Below are positions 42,187-52,157 of a DNA stretch of 64,000 bases, piece after piece; the first letter of the stretch is position 1, and every line of letters begins with the position of its first letter. Position numbers and translations under genes: made by a program. The notes under the pieces were generated by a model. That model saw nothing but the letters and a program-made list of their open reading frames with translations. It was not told the origin of the DNA and made no database searches. Origin of the DNA: Ostreococcus lucimarinus (taxonomy: Eukaryota); assembly GCA_000092065.1 (NCBI GenBank), contig CP000597.1. One strand, written 5' to 3'.

Positions 42187-42461
42187 ATGACGCGTGACCT
42201 CCCTCGCGCGCGCGAGGGCCGGGCGCGCGACGACGACGTCGCGAGCGACCGAGAAGTTTTGCTCGCGTCGTCCGTCGATGGCGACGCGAGAGACGCCGCG
42301 ACGACGACGTACGAGCGCGCGATGGACGCCGTGAGCGAAATCGCGTCGTCGAGCGCGCTCGCGGGCGCGCTCGCGGGGCCGCTGGGCATCGCTCGAGGGA
42401 CGGAGGCGACGGCGGCGACGGAGACGACGGCGGCGAGCGCGCGCGCGAACGAGGGCGCCGA

Positions 42462-42502
<41 letters not shown>

Positions 42503-43461
42503 GAACGCGAGCGCTGGAGAGTCAAGGGCGCATAGTCTCGCTGCTGGCGAGTTTTGAGCGCGGGACGCCGATGATGGCGCTGTTCTTGATGATTTTCTTT
42601 TATAAACACTTCGCGCAGCTCGCGTTCGTGGGGTGGTTGACGTACGCGCTGCTGCGGGCGAACGGACGGACGGTGACGGAGGTGGCGAAAAGAGAGGCGA
42701 GGAAGGTGGCGGACGTGGGAGCGGTGATGGTGGCGCTGCTCGCGCACTTGCTCGTCGTGTGGACGATGACACCGACCGGGCGACGGGCGCGAGGGATGTT
42801 TCAGGAACCGGCGGGATTTTGGACGTGCGCGTTTGACGTCGCGGCGCTCGATTTGTGCGCGAGGTACGCGTTCATCGTCGCGAAGTTGTTGATCGTGGCG
42901 TTGCCTATGCACGTGTTGCAGCGCGTGCTGAGAATTTCTAGCAAGGCGGCGGCGAAGATGCCGACTGCGCGCGTGTACAGACGGCGCGCGTCGTTGTTGA
43001 GCACGATCGAGTACGCGAACGCGGCGTGTCGAACGATGATTCCCGCGCCCGTGTGGTTAGCTTACTTCAAGAGAGAGCTTCCAAGCTTGTTTGCTTCCTT
43101 CGTCACGGGGCTTTACGTGATTTTCAAGCTCAGAGGCGTCGTTCAGCGCGGATTCGACTTCATCAACGCGGCGTCGATGTGGTTGACGGCGAGCAAAAGA
43201 GCGGGCGACATCGCGACGAGTGAAGACTTGATGGAAGCGGGCGATGTGTGCGCGATTTGCCGAGAACCGTGCGTGGACGCCACGAAACTGCGCTGTTCGC
43301 ACATATTTTGCGAAGACTGTATAGGAGAGTGGTTCGACCGACAGCCAAGTCGCGGAGCGAGTAGGGAGAAGACGTGCCCGGTGTGTCGAGCCGTCGTTCA
43401 CTCTGGAACGCTCAAAAGTTTTGGCGATGGCTCGACGCAGCTGTCGCCATTGTTCTTCTAG
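42187..43461 (+). CDS. RING-finger transmembrane E3 ubiquitin ligase (RNFT1/2-like)
   Basis: ATG at 42187. There are multiple TM helices, then a C-terminal C3HC4 RING: CAICREPCVDATKLRCSHIFCEDCIGEWF...CPVCR. Confidence 0.7.
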
Positions 43462-43569
43462 TACGTAGAGTTGTTGAAGGAGAGATGAATGAATATAAAA
43501 GTGCGATAGTTCACTATAGACTAGCGACTCTATGAGAAAGGTTTGGTGACGCTCAACACAACAATACAC

Positions 43570-44733
43570 TTACAGCTTTTCGTCGCCGTCCGCAGCGCGC
43601 AACTGACCGAGTTCGGTCGGCGCTTGCGTGCCACAGATGGTGGACTTACCGAAAGCGGCGGCGGTGTCAACACCCTTGGCCTTCTCTTCGGCAATCTTGC
43701 TCGAGATCCACTCAAACGTAACCTTCAAGCCGTCCGCGAGCTTGACAGACGGCGCCCAACCGAGCTTTTCCTTGATGAGTTCGTTGTTGGAGTTGCGACC
43801 GCGCACACCTTCCGGACCCGGAATATGCTTGATTGGCAAGTCCTTGCCCGCGAACTTCAACGTCATGGCTTGCATATCGTTCATGGAGATCATTTCGTCG
43901 GAACCGATGTTCACCGGCTCGGCGAAGTCGCTCTTGGTGAGACGCAAGATGCCCTCGACGCAATCGTCGATGTAGGTGAAAGAGCGCGTTTGCTTACCGT
44001 CACCCCACATTTCGACTTCGCTTTCAGCCGTCGCAGCCTTACGGCAGAACGCCGCCGGCGCCTTTTCGCGACCGCCCTTCCACGTGCCGTACGGACCGTA
44101 AATGTTGTGGAATCGACCGATGCGCGTCTGAATACCAAAATCTTGCTGGTAGTGCTTGTACACTTCCTCGCTCGCGAGCTTTTCGAGACCATACGCGTCT
44201 TGCGGCTGCGCCGGCCACGCGCTCGCTTCCTTCAACCCGTCTTGCATCTCCGTGCTCAACTGCGTGCCCTCCGGGTAGATGCACGCGCTCGACGCGTAAA
44301 AGCATCGCGTCACGCCCTGCACCCGCATCGCTTCCATCATATTGAAGGAAATCATCACGTTGTTGTAGAAGATGACGGAGTGGTTGGACTGAATGAATCC
44401 CATCCCTCCCATGTCCGCCGCGAGGTTGAAGCAGTGGTCGCACCCCTCGAGAACCTTTTTACAGTTTTCGTACAGCCTCAAATCAGCCAAGATGAACTCA
44501 TCGCAGAACATCGCCTCTTCCATGTGTTCATTGCGCTTCCAATCGCACGCCACGACGTGATGTCCCTCCTCTTTCAATCGTTTCGCGAGATGCGACCCGA
44601 TGAAACCTCCCGCGCCCGTCACGCAAATCTTCAGCTTCTTCTCCGGCCAGTACTCCTCCGTGCCGTAAATCCCGCGCAATTCGTACCCTGCGCGCGGCGA
44701 AACATCGTCAGTATTATTTTCCCTCCAAATCAT
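43570..44733 (-). CDS. GME: GDP-mannose 3,5-epimerase (ascorbate biosynthesis)
   Basis: ATG at 44733 (MIWRENNTDD...). It is nearly collinear with plant GME: YWPEKKLKICVTGAGGFIGSHLAKRLK, NHSVIFYNNVMISFNMMEA, ...GTQAPTELGQLRAADG. The upstream part of the track ORF is a GC-rich 5' region. Confidence 0.9.
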   Translation of the reverse strand: MIWRENNTDDVSPRAGYELRGIYGTEEYWPEKKLKICVTGAGGFIGSHLAKRLKEEGHHVVACDWKRNEHMEEAMFCDEFILADLRLYENCKKVLEGCDHCFNLAADMGGMGFIQSNHSVIFYNNVMISFNMMEAMRVQGVTRCFYASSACIYPEGTQLSTEMQDGLKEASAWPAQPQDAYGLEKLASEEVYKHYQQDFGIQTRIGRFHNIYGPYGTWKGGREKAPAAFCRKAATAESEVEMWGDGKQTRSFTYIDDCVEGILRLTKSDFAEPVNIGSDEMISMNDMQAMTLKFAGKDLPIKHIPGPEGVRGRNSNNELIKEKLGWAPSVKLADGLKVTFEWISSKIAEEKAKGVDTAAAFGKSTICGTQAPTELGQLRAADGDEKL

Positions 44734-45372
44734 CGCCTCCCGCCCCGCGCGCGTCGTCGCGCGCGCCGCACCGCGCCGCCACGCGCGCCGTTTCCGGGTT
44801 CCGCACTCGCCCACGTCATCGGATAACTCGCGCGCGTCGCGCGTCGCGCGACGCCGCGCGCGACGCCGCGCGATCCGCGGGCGGCGCGAAAAATTCCCAC
44901 GCCTCGTTCTCGAGGTCGTCACGCACCGGCGGCCGCCATGTCGAGCGACGTTCGTCTCGTCTCGTTGTGCGGACGCGCGACGCTTTTCGCGCGTCGCGGC
45001 GGCGGCTCTCCGCAAACGACGCCGCGTGCGCAAACAGTGACGCGCTAAAAACCTGCGCGCGACGCGCGCACTTTTTCGTCTCATCGGCCTTTAAGACATC
45101 GCGATGCGATATCGCGCGCGCGTTCGTCCATTATGACTCATTCGACGGTTCGCGACTCGTCGATTGATTCGCCGCTAAAATCCGTCCCCTTGGCGGCGGC
45201 GCCCGGTCGCGGCGCCGCATTCCTCGACCGACGCGCGCGACGCGCGGGCGTGGACGCGCGCGCGGACGCGAACGAACGCGAGCGAACGATCGAGACGCCT
45301 CGCGATCGCGACGACCGCGCTCGAGCGGGCGAGCGGGCGCGAGGGGACGACGGGAACGGGCGACGCGTGACG

Positions 45373-45734
45373 ATGGCGCCGCCGCCGGCGAGCGCGGTGG
45401 ATGACGCGCGACTCGGGCCGTTGCTGGCGCCCGTGGAGGAGTATCTGCGCGCGTGTGGACTGAATAAGACGGTGCAAGCGATGCGGAGCGAACGGAAGCT
45501 GAAGGCGCACCGGACGCTGGTGGAGGCGAGCGAGGCGGCGGGGGCGGACGCGAGCGAGGGCGGCGCCGAGGCGCTCGTGGAGGCGTGGGAGGAGAGTCGA
45601 GGGGCGAAGCGCAAGGCGAATGATTCTAGCGGAGGGTCGGCGGCGAAGAAGGCGAAACCGGCGGATTCGAGCTCGTCGAGCGAGTCGGGGAAGAAAAGCG
45701 CGAGTGGGTCGGGTTCGAAGTCGTCGTCTTCGTC

Positions 45735-45770
<36 letters not shown>

Positions 45771-46634
45771 GGAGGAAGCGAAGAAGGAAAAGTCCAGCTC
45801 CTCGTCGTCGAGCAGCAGCAGCAGTAGTAGCTCGGAGAAAAAGGAGAAGTCGAGCGCATCTTCGAGCGATAGCGAATCGGACAAGAGCAAGAGCAAGAGC
45901 AAGAGCAAGAGTAGCTCTTCGTCTTCGTCTTCGTCTTCGTCTTCGTCTTCGTCTTCGTCTTCGTCTGAAAAACAGGAGGAAGCCAAGAAGGATGACTCGT
46001 CTTCGTCTTCGTCGTCTTCGTCGTCTTCGTCGTCTTCGTCAGAGAAGAAGAAAGAAAGCTCTTCCTCCTCATCGTCGTCCTCCTCCTCCTCTTCCTCGTC
46101 GGAAAAGAAGGAAGAAGCCAAGAAGGATTCCTCCTCTTCCTCCTCTTCCTCCTCTTCCTCCTCTTCCTCCTCTTCCTCCTCTTCCTCCTCTTCTTCTTCC
46201 TCGGAACAAAAGAAGGAAGAGACCAAGGATGACGCCTCCTCGTCATCTTCTTCTTCATCATCTTCTTCTTCTTCTTCTTCCTCGGAAGAAAAGAAGGAAG
46301 AGGAGAAGGATGACTCTTCGTCTTCCAGCAGCTCTTCGAGCTCTTCCTCAAAGTCCAAGTCCAAGTCCAAGTCGTCCTCATCTTCATCTTCATCTTCATC
46401 TTCATCTTCTTCGGAAAAGGCGGAAGAAGAGGCGAAGAAGGATGATTCTTCCTCGTCATCAAGCTCTTCAAGCTCCTCCTCCGACGCGAAATCTGAGTCC
46501 AAGTCGTCTTCGTCGTCCTCGTCTTCGTCTTCCAGCAGCTCGTCGAGCTCGAGCGACAAGGTACGCAAGGATAGCGCGAAGGGAAGCAAGAGCGCGCCTC
46601 CGGGCGAGAAGCAACCGGGTGTGCCTTTTCAAAG
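45373..46634 (+). CDS. Nopp140/SRP40-like nucleolar phosphoprotein, exon 1 (N-terminal LisH motif plus alternating poly-Ser/acidic and Lys-rich repeats)
   Basis: ATG at 45373. The LisH-like segment reads LGPLLAPVEEYLRACGLNKTVQAM. About 330 aa are alternating SSSSS/E/D and KK(E)K blocks, encoded by (AGC)n and (TCTTCG)n repeats. The exon ends ..GVPFQ(AG)| with donor GTGAGAG at 46635, phase 2. Confidence 0.7.
45736..45768 (+). repeat. (AGC)11 trinucleotide repeat encoding poly-Ser inside the Nopp140-like gene (one of many Ser-codon microsatellites between 45700 and 46560)
   Basis: Read directly. Adjacent tracts are (TCTTCG)n, (TCCTCT)n and (TCG)n. Confidence 0.9.
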
Positions 46635-46773
46635 GTGAGAGCCTTCTTGTCCTCGGTGGCGCGTTTGACACCCTCATCGATGCATCGACACTCGTCTCGT
46701 TTGAAAAACTCGCGACTATTAACTCGTTTCTGAGACTGACGGCGACGCGTTATTCGTTTTCTTCACCGCACAG

Positions 46774-46996
46774 AGTTAATAGCGCGGAATGGTTGGGCAA
46801 GAAAGGCTCGTGGGATATGTCTTATGAAGGTACATTCGGTGATGCGGGATACGGCGCCAAGGCGCAGGAAGTCCTCGGACAAGTGCGTGGCGCGCGTTTT
46901 CAACACGAGAAGAACAAACGTAAACGAAGCTACTTTGGCGGAGCCATTGACGACAGCGCCGTGAATTCTATTAAATTTCAATCGGATAGCGAATAA
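46774..46996 (+). CDS. Nopp140/SRP40-like protein, exon 2 (SRP40_C conserved C-terminal domain)
   Basis: The acceptor ..cgttttcttcaccgcacag| at 46773 restores frame (AG+A = Arg). The sequence ..PFQRVNSAEW...ARFQHEKNKRKRSYFGGAIDDSAVNSIKFQSDSE matches the SRP40_C block (FRHEKTKKKRGSYRGG.I...VNSIKF). The intron is 139 nt. Confidence 0.7.
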
Positions 46997-47027
46997 GTTG
47001 TTAAAAACGACACTTCATAAAAGCAAA

Positions 47028-47051
47028 GAATGAATGAATGAATGAATGAAT
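47028..47051. repeat. (GAAT)6 microsatellite in the 58-bp convergent spacer between the Nopp140-like and channel genes
   Basis: gaatgaatgaatgaatgaatgaat, read directly. Confidence 0.9.
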
Positions 47052-47054
47052 GCA

Positions 47055-48317
47055 TTAAAACGCTACGTCTTCCTCTAATTCGAGCTCCAAACCGTCCAGG
47101 CCCGCCAAAAGATCGGCTTCGTCCAACGCCTTTCGGAGCTTTCTATTCTCCGTCCTCAGCGCTGCGATGGAGATCTCCTGAGATTTGATCTTCTTTCTCG
47201 CATCTCTCAACTCTTCGCGCTCTCGAAGGCGCAACCACTGCGAATCTTCGTCCATGGTCCCGCTCCAAAAATCGTTACCGAAGTCAGACGCCATCGTCGA
47301 CATCGCCTCTTCCTCTTGCGGCGACCTCCTCTTCGGCGCGATCGGCGGCCCCGCGAGTCCAATTTTTGCCATCGACGGCGGAGGCGCACTCAATGTCGCG
47401 CCTCCCTCTCCTATTCGTGCCTGCGCTTCGGTTTGCGCGGACACTAAAACCGCGAGCTGCAACGGGACGACGACGACGGCGGTTAAAATCGAAACCACCG
47501 TCGCCACGCGCCCTTGCGCCGTCGTCGCCTCGAAAGGTTGTCCGATGCCCGTCAGGGTCAAAAAACTCCAATAAATCGCGTCGCCTACGTCCGAAATGTT
47601 CGGATTCGTGTCGACTTCTAAATCATAAAACAACTCCCCGCTGATTAAAAACACGCACAAAAACTCCACGGCGACGGCGACGACTTTTTCGTTTTGCGTC
47701 TTCTCCCGCTTCGTCGTCTCGCGCGTCTTCTCTCCGTCGAGATCTAACACCCGGAGCAAGCGCAGCGCTCGAAACAAACGCAACGGGCGGAACTGCTCCG
47801 TCGCGCCCTGCCCCGCCCCCCCGATCCCGACTAAACTCAAGATGAACCCAAACGTCGGCAGCAGCGACAAAAAATCGATGAGCGCCACCGGCGAGCGCAA
47901 ATACTTCAACTGAAACTCCTCGCTCCACGCCCGCACGACGTACTCAAACAAGAATATCGCCTGCAAGCACGATTCCGCGCGTTCGATCCCCCCGTCCGCC
48001 AGCGCCGGCGCGAACGCCTTCGGCACGAATTGCGGCAGCACGTACTCCAGCGACACGCCTCGCGTCGCCGCCTCCGCCTCCAACGACTCGAATCCCGCGA
48101 TCACGAACACCAGCGCCGTCGTCCCGACCGTCCATATCCCGCTCGAATCCGCCAATTTCAAGCAATCCCTCGTGCGCTTCGCCAGCGACTGCGACGTCCA
48201 CTCCGCGAGCTCGAACGCCGCGCGCTCCGGGTCGTCGTCGTCGTTCTCCCGCCCCGTCCCTCGCGCGCCGCCGTCGACGTCGTCGAACGAGTCGTACGTC
48301 CCCGACCCGAAAAACAT
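47055..48317 (-). CDS. six-TM voltage-gated cation channel (Kv-like architecture, non-canonical pore signature TLTGIGQ)
   Basis: ATG at 48317 (MFFGSGTYD...; the track ORF starts upstream at a TTG). The S4-like segment is FRPLRLFRALRLLRVLD. The pore loop is DAIYWSFLTLTGIGQ. The C-terminal region is coiled-coil. Confidence 0.6.
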   Translation of the reverse strand: MFFGSGTYDSFDDVDGGARGTGRENDDDDPERAAFELAEWTSQSLAKRTRDCLKLADSSGIWTVGTTALVFVIAGFESLEAEAATRGVSLEYVLPQFVPKAFAPALADGGIERAESCLQAIFLFEYVVRAWSEEFQLKYLRSPVALIDFLSLLPTFGFILSLVGIGGAGQGATEQFRPLRLFRALRLLRVLDLDGEKTRETTKREKTQNEKVVAVAVEFLCVFLISGELFYDLEVDTNPNISDVGDAIYWSFLTLTGIGQPFEATTAQGRVATVVSILTAVVVVPLQLAVLVSAQTEAQARIGEGGATLSAPPPSMAKIGLAGPPIAPKRRSPQEEEAMSTMASDFGNDFWSGTMDEDSQWLRLREREELRDARKKIKSQEISIAALRTENRKLRKALDEADLLAGLDGLELELEEDVAF

Positions 48318-48941
48318 GCGTCTGACGTCTCTCGCGCGCCGTCGCGCGTTCGCGCGCGTCCCGCGCGCGTCCCGCGCGTCCCGCGCGCGTCTCGCCGTCG
48401 CCGTCGCCGTCGCCGTCGTCGCGTCGTCGCGCCGTCGCGTCGCCGTCGCGCGCGCCCGCGCGCGCGCGCGCCGCGCGCCGTCGCGCGCGACGCCGCGCGC
48501 GCCGATCTCGACGCGCGCGCGCGCGCGCGCCGCCATCGCCGCCGTCTGCCGCGCCGCGCGCGCGCGCCGCGCGCGATGGGTCGCGAACCCGGCCGATCGC
48601 CCGTCGCCCAACCTCGCGCCGTCGATCGACGCCGCGCGCGCGAAACTCGCCTCGACGGGTCGCGCGCGCGCGTCGTGACGTCACGGCGTTTCGCGGTTAT
48701 AGCGCGCCAGGCCCCCTCCGTCGGCACCGTCGCGTGATTTTCGCATCGTTTCATAGCGTCATTCACATCGTTATACGCGCTCAATCCGTTATCCGTCGCC
48801 GTGTGCCACGACTCGATGCGTGTAACTGTAATTACACTGTATGCGCAGCCACGCGTGTCCGAACGGGTCGTCTCGCGTCGGTTCGGCGCGCGCGCGCGTC
48901 GCCGCGCCCCGCACACGGCGACGCGCGCGACGACGGCGACG

Positions 48942-50294
48942 ATGTACGCCCTCCGACGACGCGCGCTCGGCGCGGCGCGCGAACAAATCCACGCGCGTCT
49001 CGCTCGCGGCGCGTCCGCGGCGAACGCGACGGCGGCGACGACGCGCGACGTCGCGATGGCGACGACGCAGGGGGGCGTGCGCGCGAAGAGCGCGGGCGCG
49101 CACCACCTCGGCGACTTCAGCGATAAGGGGTTCCACGATCGCCCGCTCGCGCTCGAACACAACGGTGGATTGAAGGAGTACTCCGTCGTGTACACGGATC
49201 GAGCGATCAATCACATGTCGCCGGTGTTCTGCGAGACGATGAAGAACATCGACGGGATGATGAAGCGGGCGTACAACGCGAGCGGCGTGGTGATCATGCC
49301 GGGAAGCGGGACGTACGGGATGGAGGCGGTCGCGCGACAGTGGTGCAGCGGGAAAAAGGCGCTCGTGATTCGTAATGGGTACTTTAGCTATCGATGGACG
49401 GATATTTTTGAGCAAACGCAAATCCCGAGCGAGACGATCGTGATGCGAGGACGCGCGGTGGACGACGAAAAGACGCCGGCGTTCGCGCCACCGCCCTTGG
49501 CGGAGGTCGTGGAGATGATCAACAAGGAAAAACCCGCGGTGGTGTTCGCGCCGCACGTGGAGACGTCGACTGGGATCATTCTGCCGGATTCGTACATCAA
49601 GGCTGTGGCCGACGCCGTGCACGCGCACGGGGGGCTGTTCGTGCTCGATTCCATCGCGAGCGGCACGATTTGGGTGGACATGAAGGCGACCGGCGTGGAC
49701 GCCATCTTGAGCGCGCCGCAAAAGGGCTGGACTGGTCCGGCGTGCGCGAGCGTGATCATGCTCGGCGAACGCGGCGTGCACGCGACGCGCAACTCGCAAT
49801 CCACCTCCATGGTCATCAACATGCGCAAGTGGCTCGAAGTCATGGATGCCTACTTGGCGGGCGGGTTCGCGTACTACACCACCATGCCCACCGACGCGTT
49901 GACTTTGTTCGAACGCGCGGCGATGGCGACCGAAAAGGTTGGTTTCGACAAGGTCAAGCAAATGGCATGGGATCTCGGCACTGAGTGCCGCAAGATGATG
50001 GCGAGCAAGGGATTGAAATCCGTCGCCGCCAAGGGGTTCGAGGCGCCGGGCGTCGTCGTGTCGTACACGGATGACGCCACCATGTTCGCCAAGTTCAAGT
50101 CTAAGGGTTTCCAAATCGCCGCGGGCGTTCCGTTCATGATCAACGAACCCGCCGGCAACAACACTTTCCGCATCGGTTTGTTCGGCTTGGACAAAATCAT
50201 GAACAAGGACAACTGCATCAACACCCTCGAGCCGACGTTGGATGAAATTTTACGCGAAAACGCCGAAGCGGCCGGCGCCGAAGCCGCCTCTTAA
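48942..50294 (+). CDS. class V pyridoxal-phosphate aminotransferase (alanine/serine--glyoxylate or 2-aminoethylphosphonate--pyruvate aminotransferase-like) with a mitochondrial-type presequence
   Basis: ATG at 48942 (MYALRRRALGA...). Class-V features: PGSGTYGMEA, VLDSIASGTIWVDMKATGVDAILSAPQKGWTGP (PLP Lys in a QKG context), NNTFRIGLFG. Confidence 0.7.
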   Translation: MYALRRRALGAAREQIHARLARGASAANATAATTRDVAMATTQGGVRAKSAGAHHLGDFSDKGFHDRPLALEHNGGLKEYSVVYTDRAINHMSPVFCETMKNIDGMMKRAYNASGVVIMPGSGTYGMEAVARQWCSGKKALVIRNGYFSYRWTDIFEQTQIPSETIVMRGRAVDDEKTPAFAPPPLAEVVEMINKEKPAVVFAPHVETSTGIILPDSYIKAVADAVHAHGGLFVLDSIASGTIWVDMKATGVDAILSAPQKGWTGPACASVIMLGERGVHATRNSQSTSMVINMRKWLEVMDAYLAGGFAYYTTMPTDALTLFERAAMATEKVGFDKVKQMAWDLGTECRKMMASKGLKSVAAKGFEAPGVVVSYTDDATMFAKFKSKGFQIAAGVPFMINEPAGNNTFRIGLFGLDKIMNKDNCINTLEPTLDEILRENAEAAGAEAAS

Positions 50295-50513
50295 TTTCTT
50301 CGTCCGCGGAGATTAAGCACTTATACTCGAGCGACTCAAGCGAGCGACGCAAGTATCATTTAGCACGGCTGTAACTTTAACCACTTTACTCGTTTCGTTT
50401 TCGCCGTCGCCCAGAGCTCGAGTTCCAATTCTTGGCGCGCGAACGCGCGTCGTCCGCACTTCCACGCGCGTCGCGCACCCGCGCGCTCGCACGCACGCGC
50501 ACGCGCGCACACG

Positions 50514-51995
50514 ATGCAACGCCTCGCGCGCGGCGCCTCGTTCGCCCTGCGCGCGCGTCCATCGCGCGCGCAAACGCGACGTTTCGTAACCTCCGCCGCC
50601 GCCACCGCGCCGAGAAAACCGTCGACGAGCGGTCGTGGACGCCCCGACGGCGGCCGTCGCGCGCAGTCCTCGAGCGCGGACGTTGTGCAGCGCCAGCGAC
50701 GGAACTTTGACGGCGAACAGAGCGCGAATCTGGAGGACGCGCGGCGGAGCGCGCTGACGCGCGTGGTGGTGGCTCGAGGCAAGGCGAACATGTTCTTGGA
50801 CGGTAATCCTATCGTCTACGCGGGCGCGATCGAACGCGTGGAGGGCGAAGCGCGAACGGGCGATTGGGTGCAAGTCACCGATCACGCGCTCTCGCCGATA
50901 TGCTACGGATTTTATAACGAGACTAGCTCGTATTCGGTGCGGGCGCTGAGCCAGGCGTGGGAGCGAGGATGCGAAGACGGCGACGGCGTCGTGGCGCAGA
51001 GGATACGCGAAGCGTACGAGTTGAGACGGGATTTAGGGTTAGTCGGGAACGAACGAACGACGTGTTACAGGCTGCTGAACTCGGAGGGGGATAAGATTTC
51101 TGGGTTAAACGCGGACGTGTACGGCGAAATCGTCGTGGCGAGCTCCACGGCGGCGTGGGTGGAGCAGAGACGAGACGTCATCTTGCGCGCGTTCGCGGAC
51201 GTTTTGGGGGCGAACACGAAGGTGGTGTGGCGACGAGACGAGAAAATGTACGAAGTCGAGGGAACGCCCTGGGAAGGGGAAAACTTGATTGATTATTACG
51301 ACGCCGCGACGGGCGCCAAAGTCGGAGAAGCGGTGCCGAGCGACGTGAAGGTGCTCGAAGACGGCGTGCAATACGCGATCGACATCGCCGGTGGTCACAA
51401 GACAGGATTCTACGTCGATCAACGAGATAATCGCAAGGTGATGCGCGAGATCGCGCGCGGAAAACGCGTTTTGGACGTTTGCTGTTACACCGGTGGCTTC
51501 GCGCTGAACGCGGCGCTCGGAGGCGCCTCGGACGTCGTCGCCGTCGACAGCTCCGAGTCCGCGCTCGACATGGCGAAAAAGAACGCCGAGTTAAACGGTC
51601 TTCAGGACAAAGTCAACTTTGTTCGCGCAGACGCGTTCGATTTCATGCAAGCCGAGATCGACGCCGGCCGCGCCGGATCGTACGACGTCGTAGTTTTGGA
51701 CCCGCCCAAGTTCGCGCCGACCAAGCCCGCGCTCAAAAAAGCCATCCCGAAGTACGTCGGGTTGAACAAGCGCGCGATGACCTTGCTTCGTCCGGGCGGT
51801 ATTTTAATCACCTGCTCGTGTTCGGGCGCGGTGACGCAAGAGCGGTTGCTTCCCAAAATCGTCGAAAACGCCTCGCGCGCCAGCGGCGTCTCCGCCACGA
51901 TGCTCTCCATCCGCGGCGCCGGGTGCGATCAGCCCATCGACCCCGCGTACGCGTTCGGCGAGTATTTATCCGTCGTCACAGCGCGCATCGCGTGA
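50514..51995 (+). CDS. SAM-dependent rRNA (cytosine-C5) methyltransferase of the RlmI/YccW family (PUA-like domain plus class I MTase), organelle-targeted
   Basis: ATG at 50514 with a basic presequence. The sequence includes CYRLLNSEGD.ISGLNADVYG..VVASS, KTGFYVDQRDNRK and VLDVCCYTGGFALNAA, together with the motif IV-like VVLDPPKFAP. Confidence 0.75.
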   Translation: MQRLARGASFALRARPSRAQTRRFVTSAAATAPRKPSTSGRGRPDGGRRAQSSSADVVQRQRRNFDGEQSANLEDARRSALTRVVVARGKANMFLDGNPIVYAGAIERVEGEARTGDWVQVTDHALSPICYGFYNETSSYSVRALSQAWERGCEDGDGVVAQRIREAYELRRDLGLVGNERTTCYRLLNSEGDKISGLNADVYGEIVVASSTAAWVEQRRDVILRAFADVLGANTKVVWRRDEKMYEVEGTPWEGENLIDYYDAATGAKVGEAVPSDVKVLEDGVQYAIDIAGGHKTGFYVDQRDNRKVMREIARGKRVLDVCCYTGGFALNAALGGASDVVAVDSSESALDMAKKNAELNGLQDKVNFVRADAFDFMQAEIDAGRAGSYDVVVLDPPKFAPTKPALKKAIPKYVGLNKRAMTLLRPGGILITCSCSGAVTQERLLPKIVENASRASGVSATMLSIRGAGCDQPIDPAYAFGEYLSVVTARIA

Positions 51996-52157
51996 GATCG
52001 AACGGCGCGCGTATTTTGTATTTTCACGCCCCGTTCCGCGCCTCCGACGCAACTAAACCCCAAGATTTCACGGTGAGTAAAGATTGCCGCCCGCGCGCGC
52101 ACACGCGCGCGCGCGCGCATTCGCGACGCCGCGATCGCCTGAATCGATCCACGCGCG

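Noticed and set aside
45138-46589. 483-aa poly-Glu/Asp ORF (and 45620..46996, 45626..46471) across the Nopp140-like gene
   Set aside because: These are reverse-complement or alternative frames of the Ser-codon microsatellites ((AGC)n read as (GCT)n/(CTC)n, and so on). They are an artefact of repeat DNA.
47944-49210. ORFs 47944..48684 -, 48030..48737 +, 48158..49210 -, 48172..48678 + in the channel/aminotransferase divergent region
   Set aside because: Low-complexity Arg/Ala frames across a GC-rich bidirectional promoter and presequence region.
52040-52100. GGTGAGTAAAG donor-like sequence in the RlmI/PP6 spacer
   Set aside because: No upstream exon in frame and no matching acceptor that would extend the PP6 CDS. 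PP6 begins with its conserved N-terminus at ATG 52158, so this may be a chance match or a UTR intron that cannot be established from sequence.
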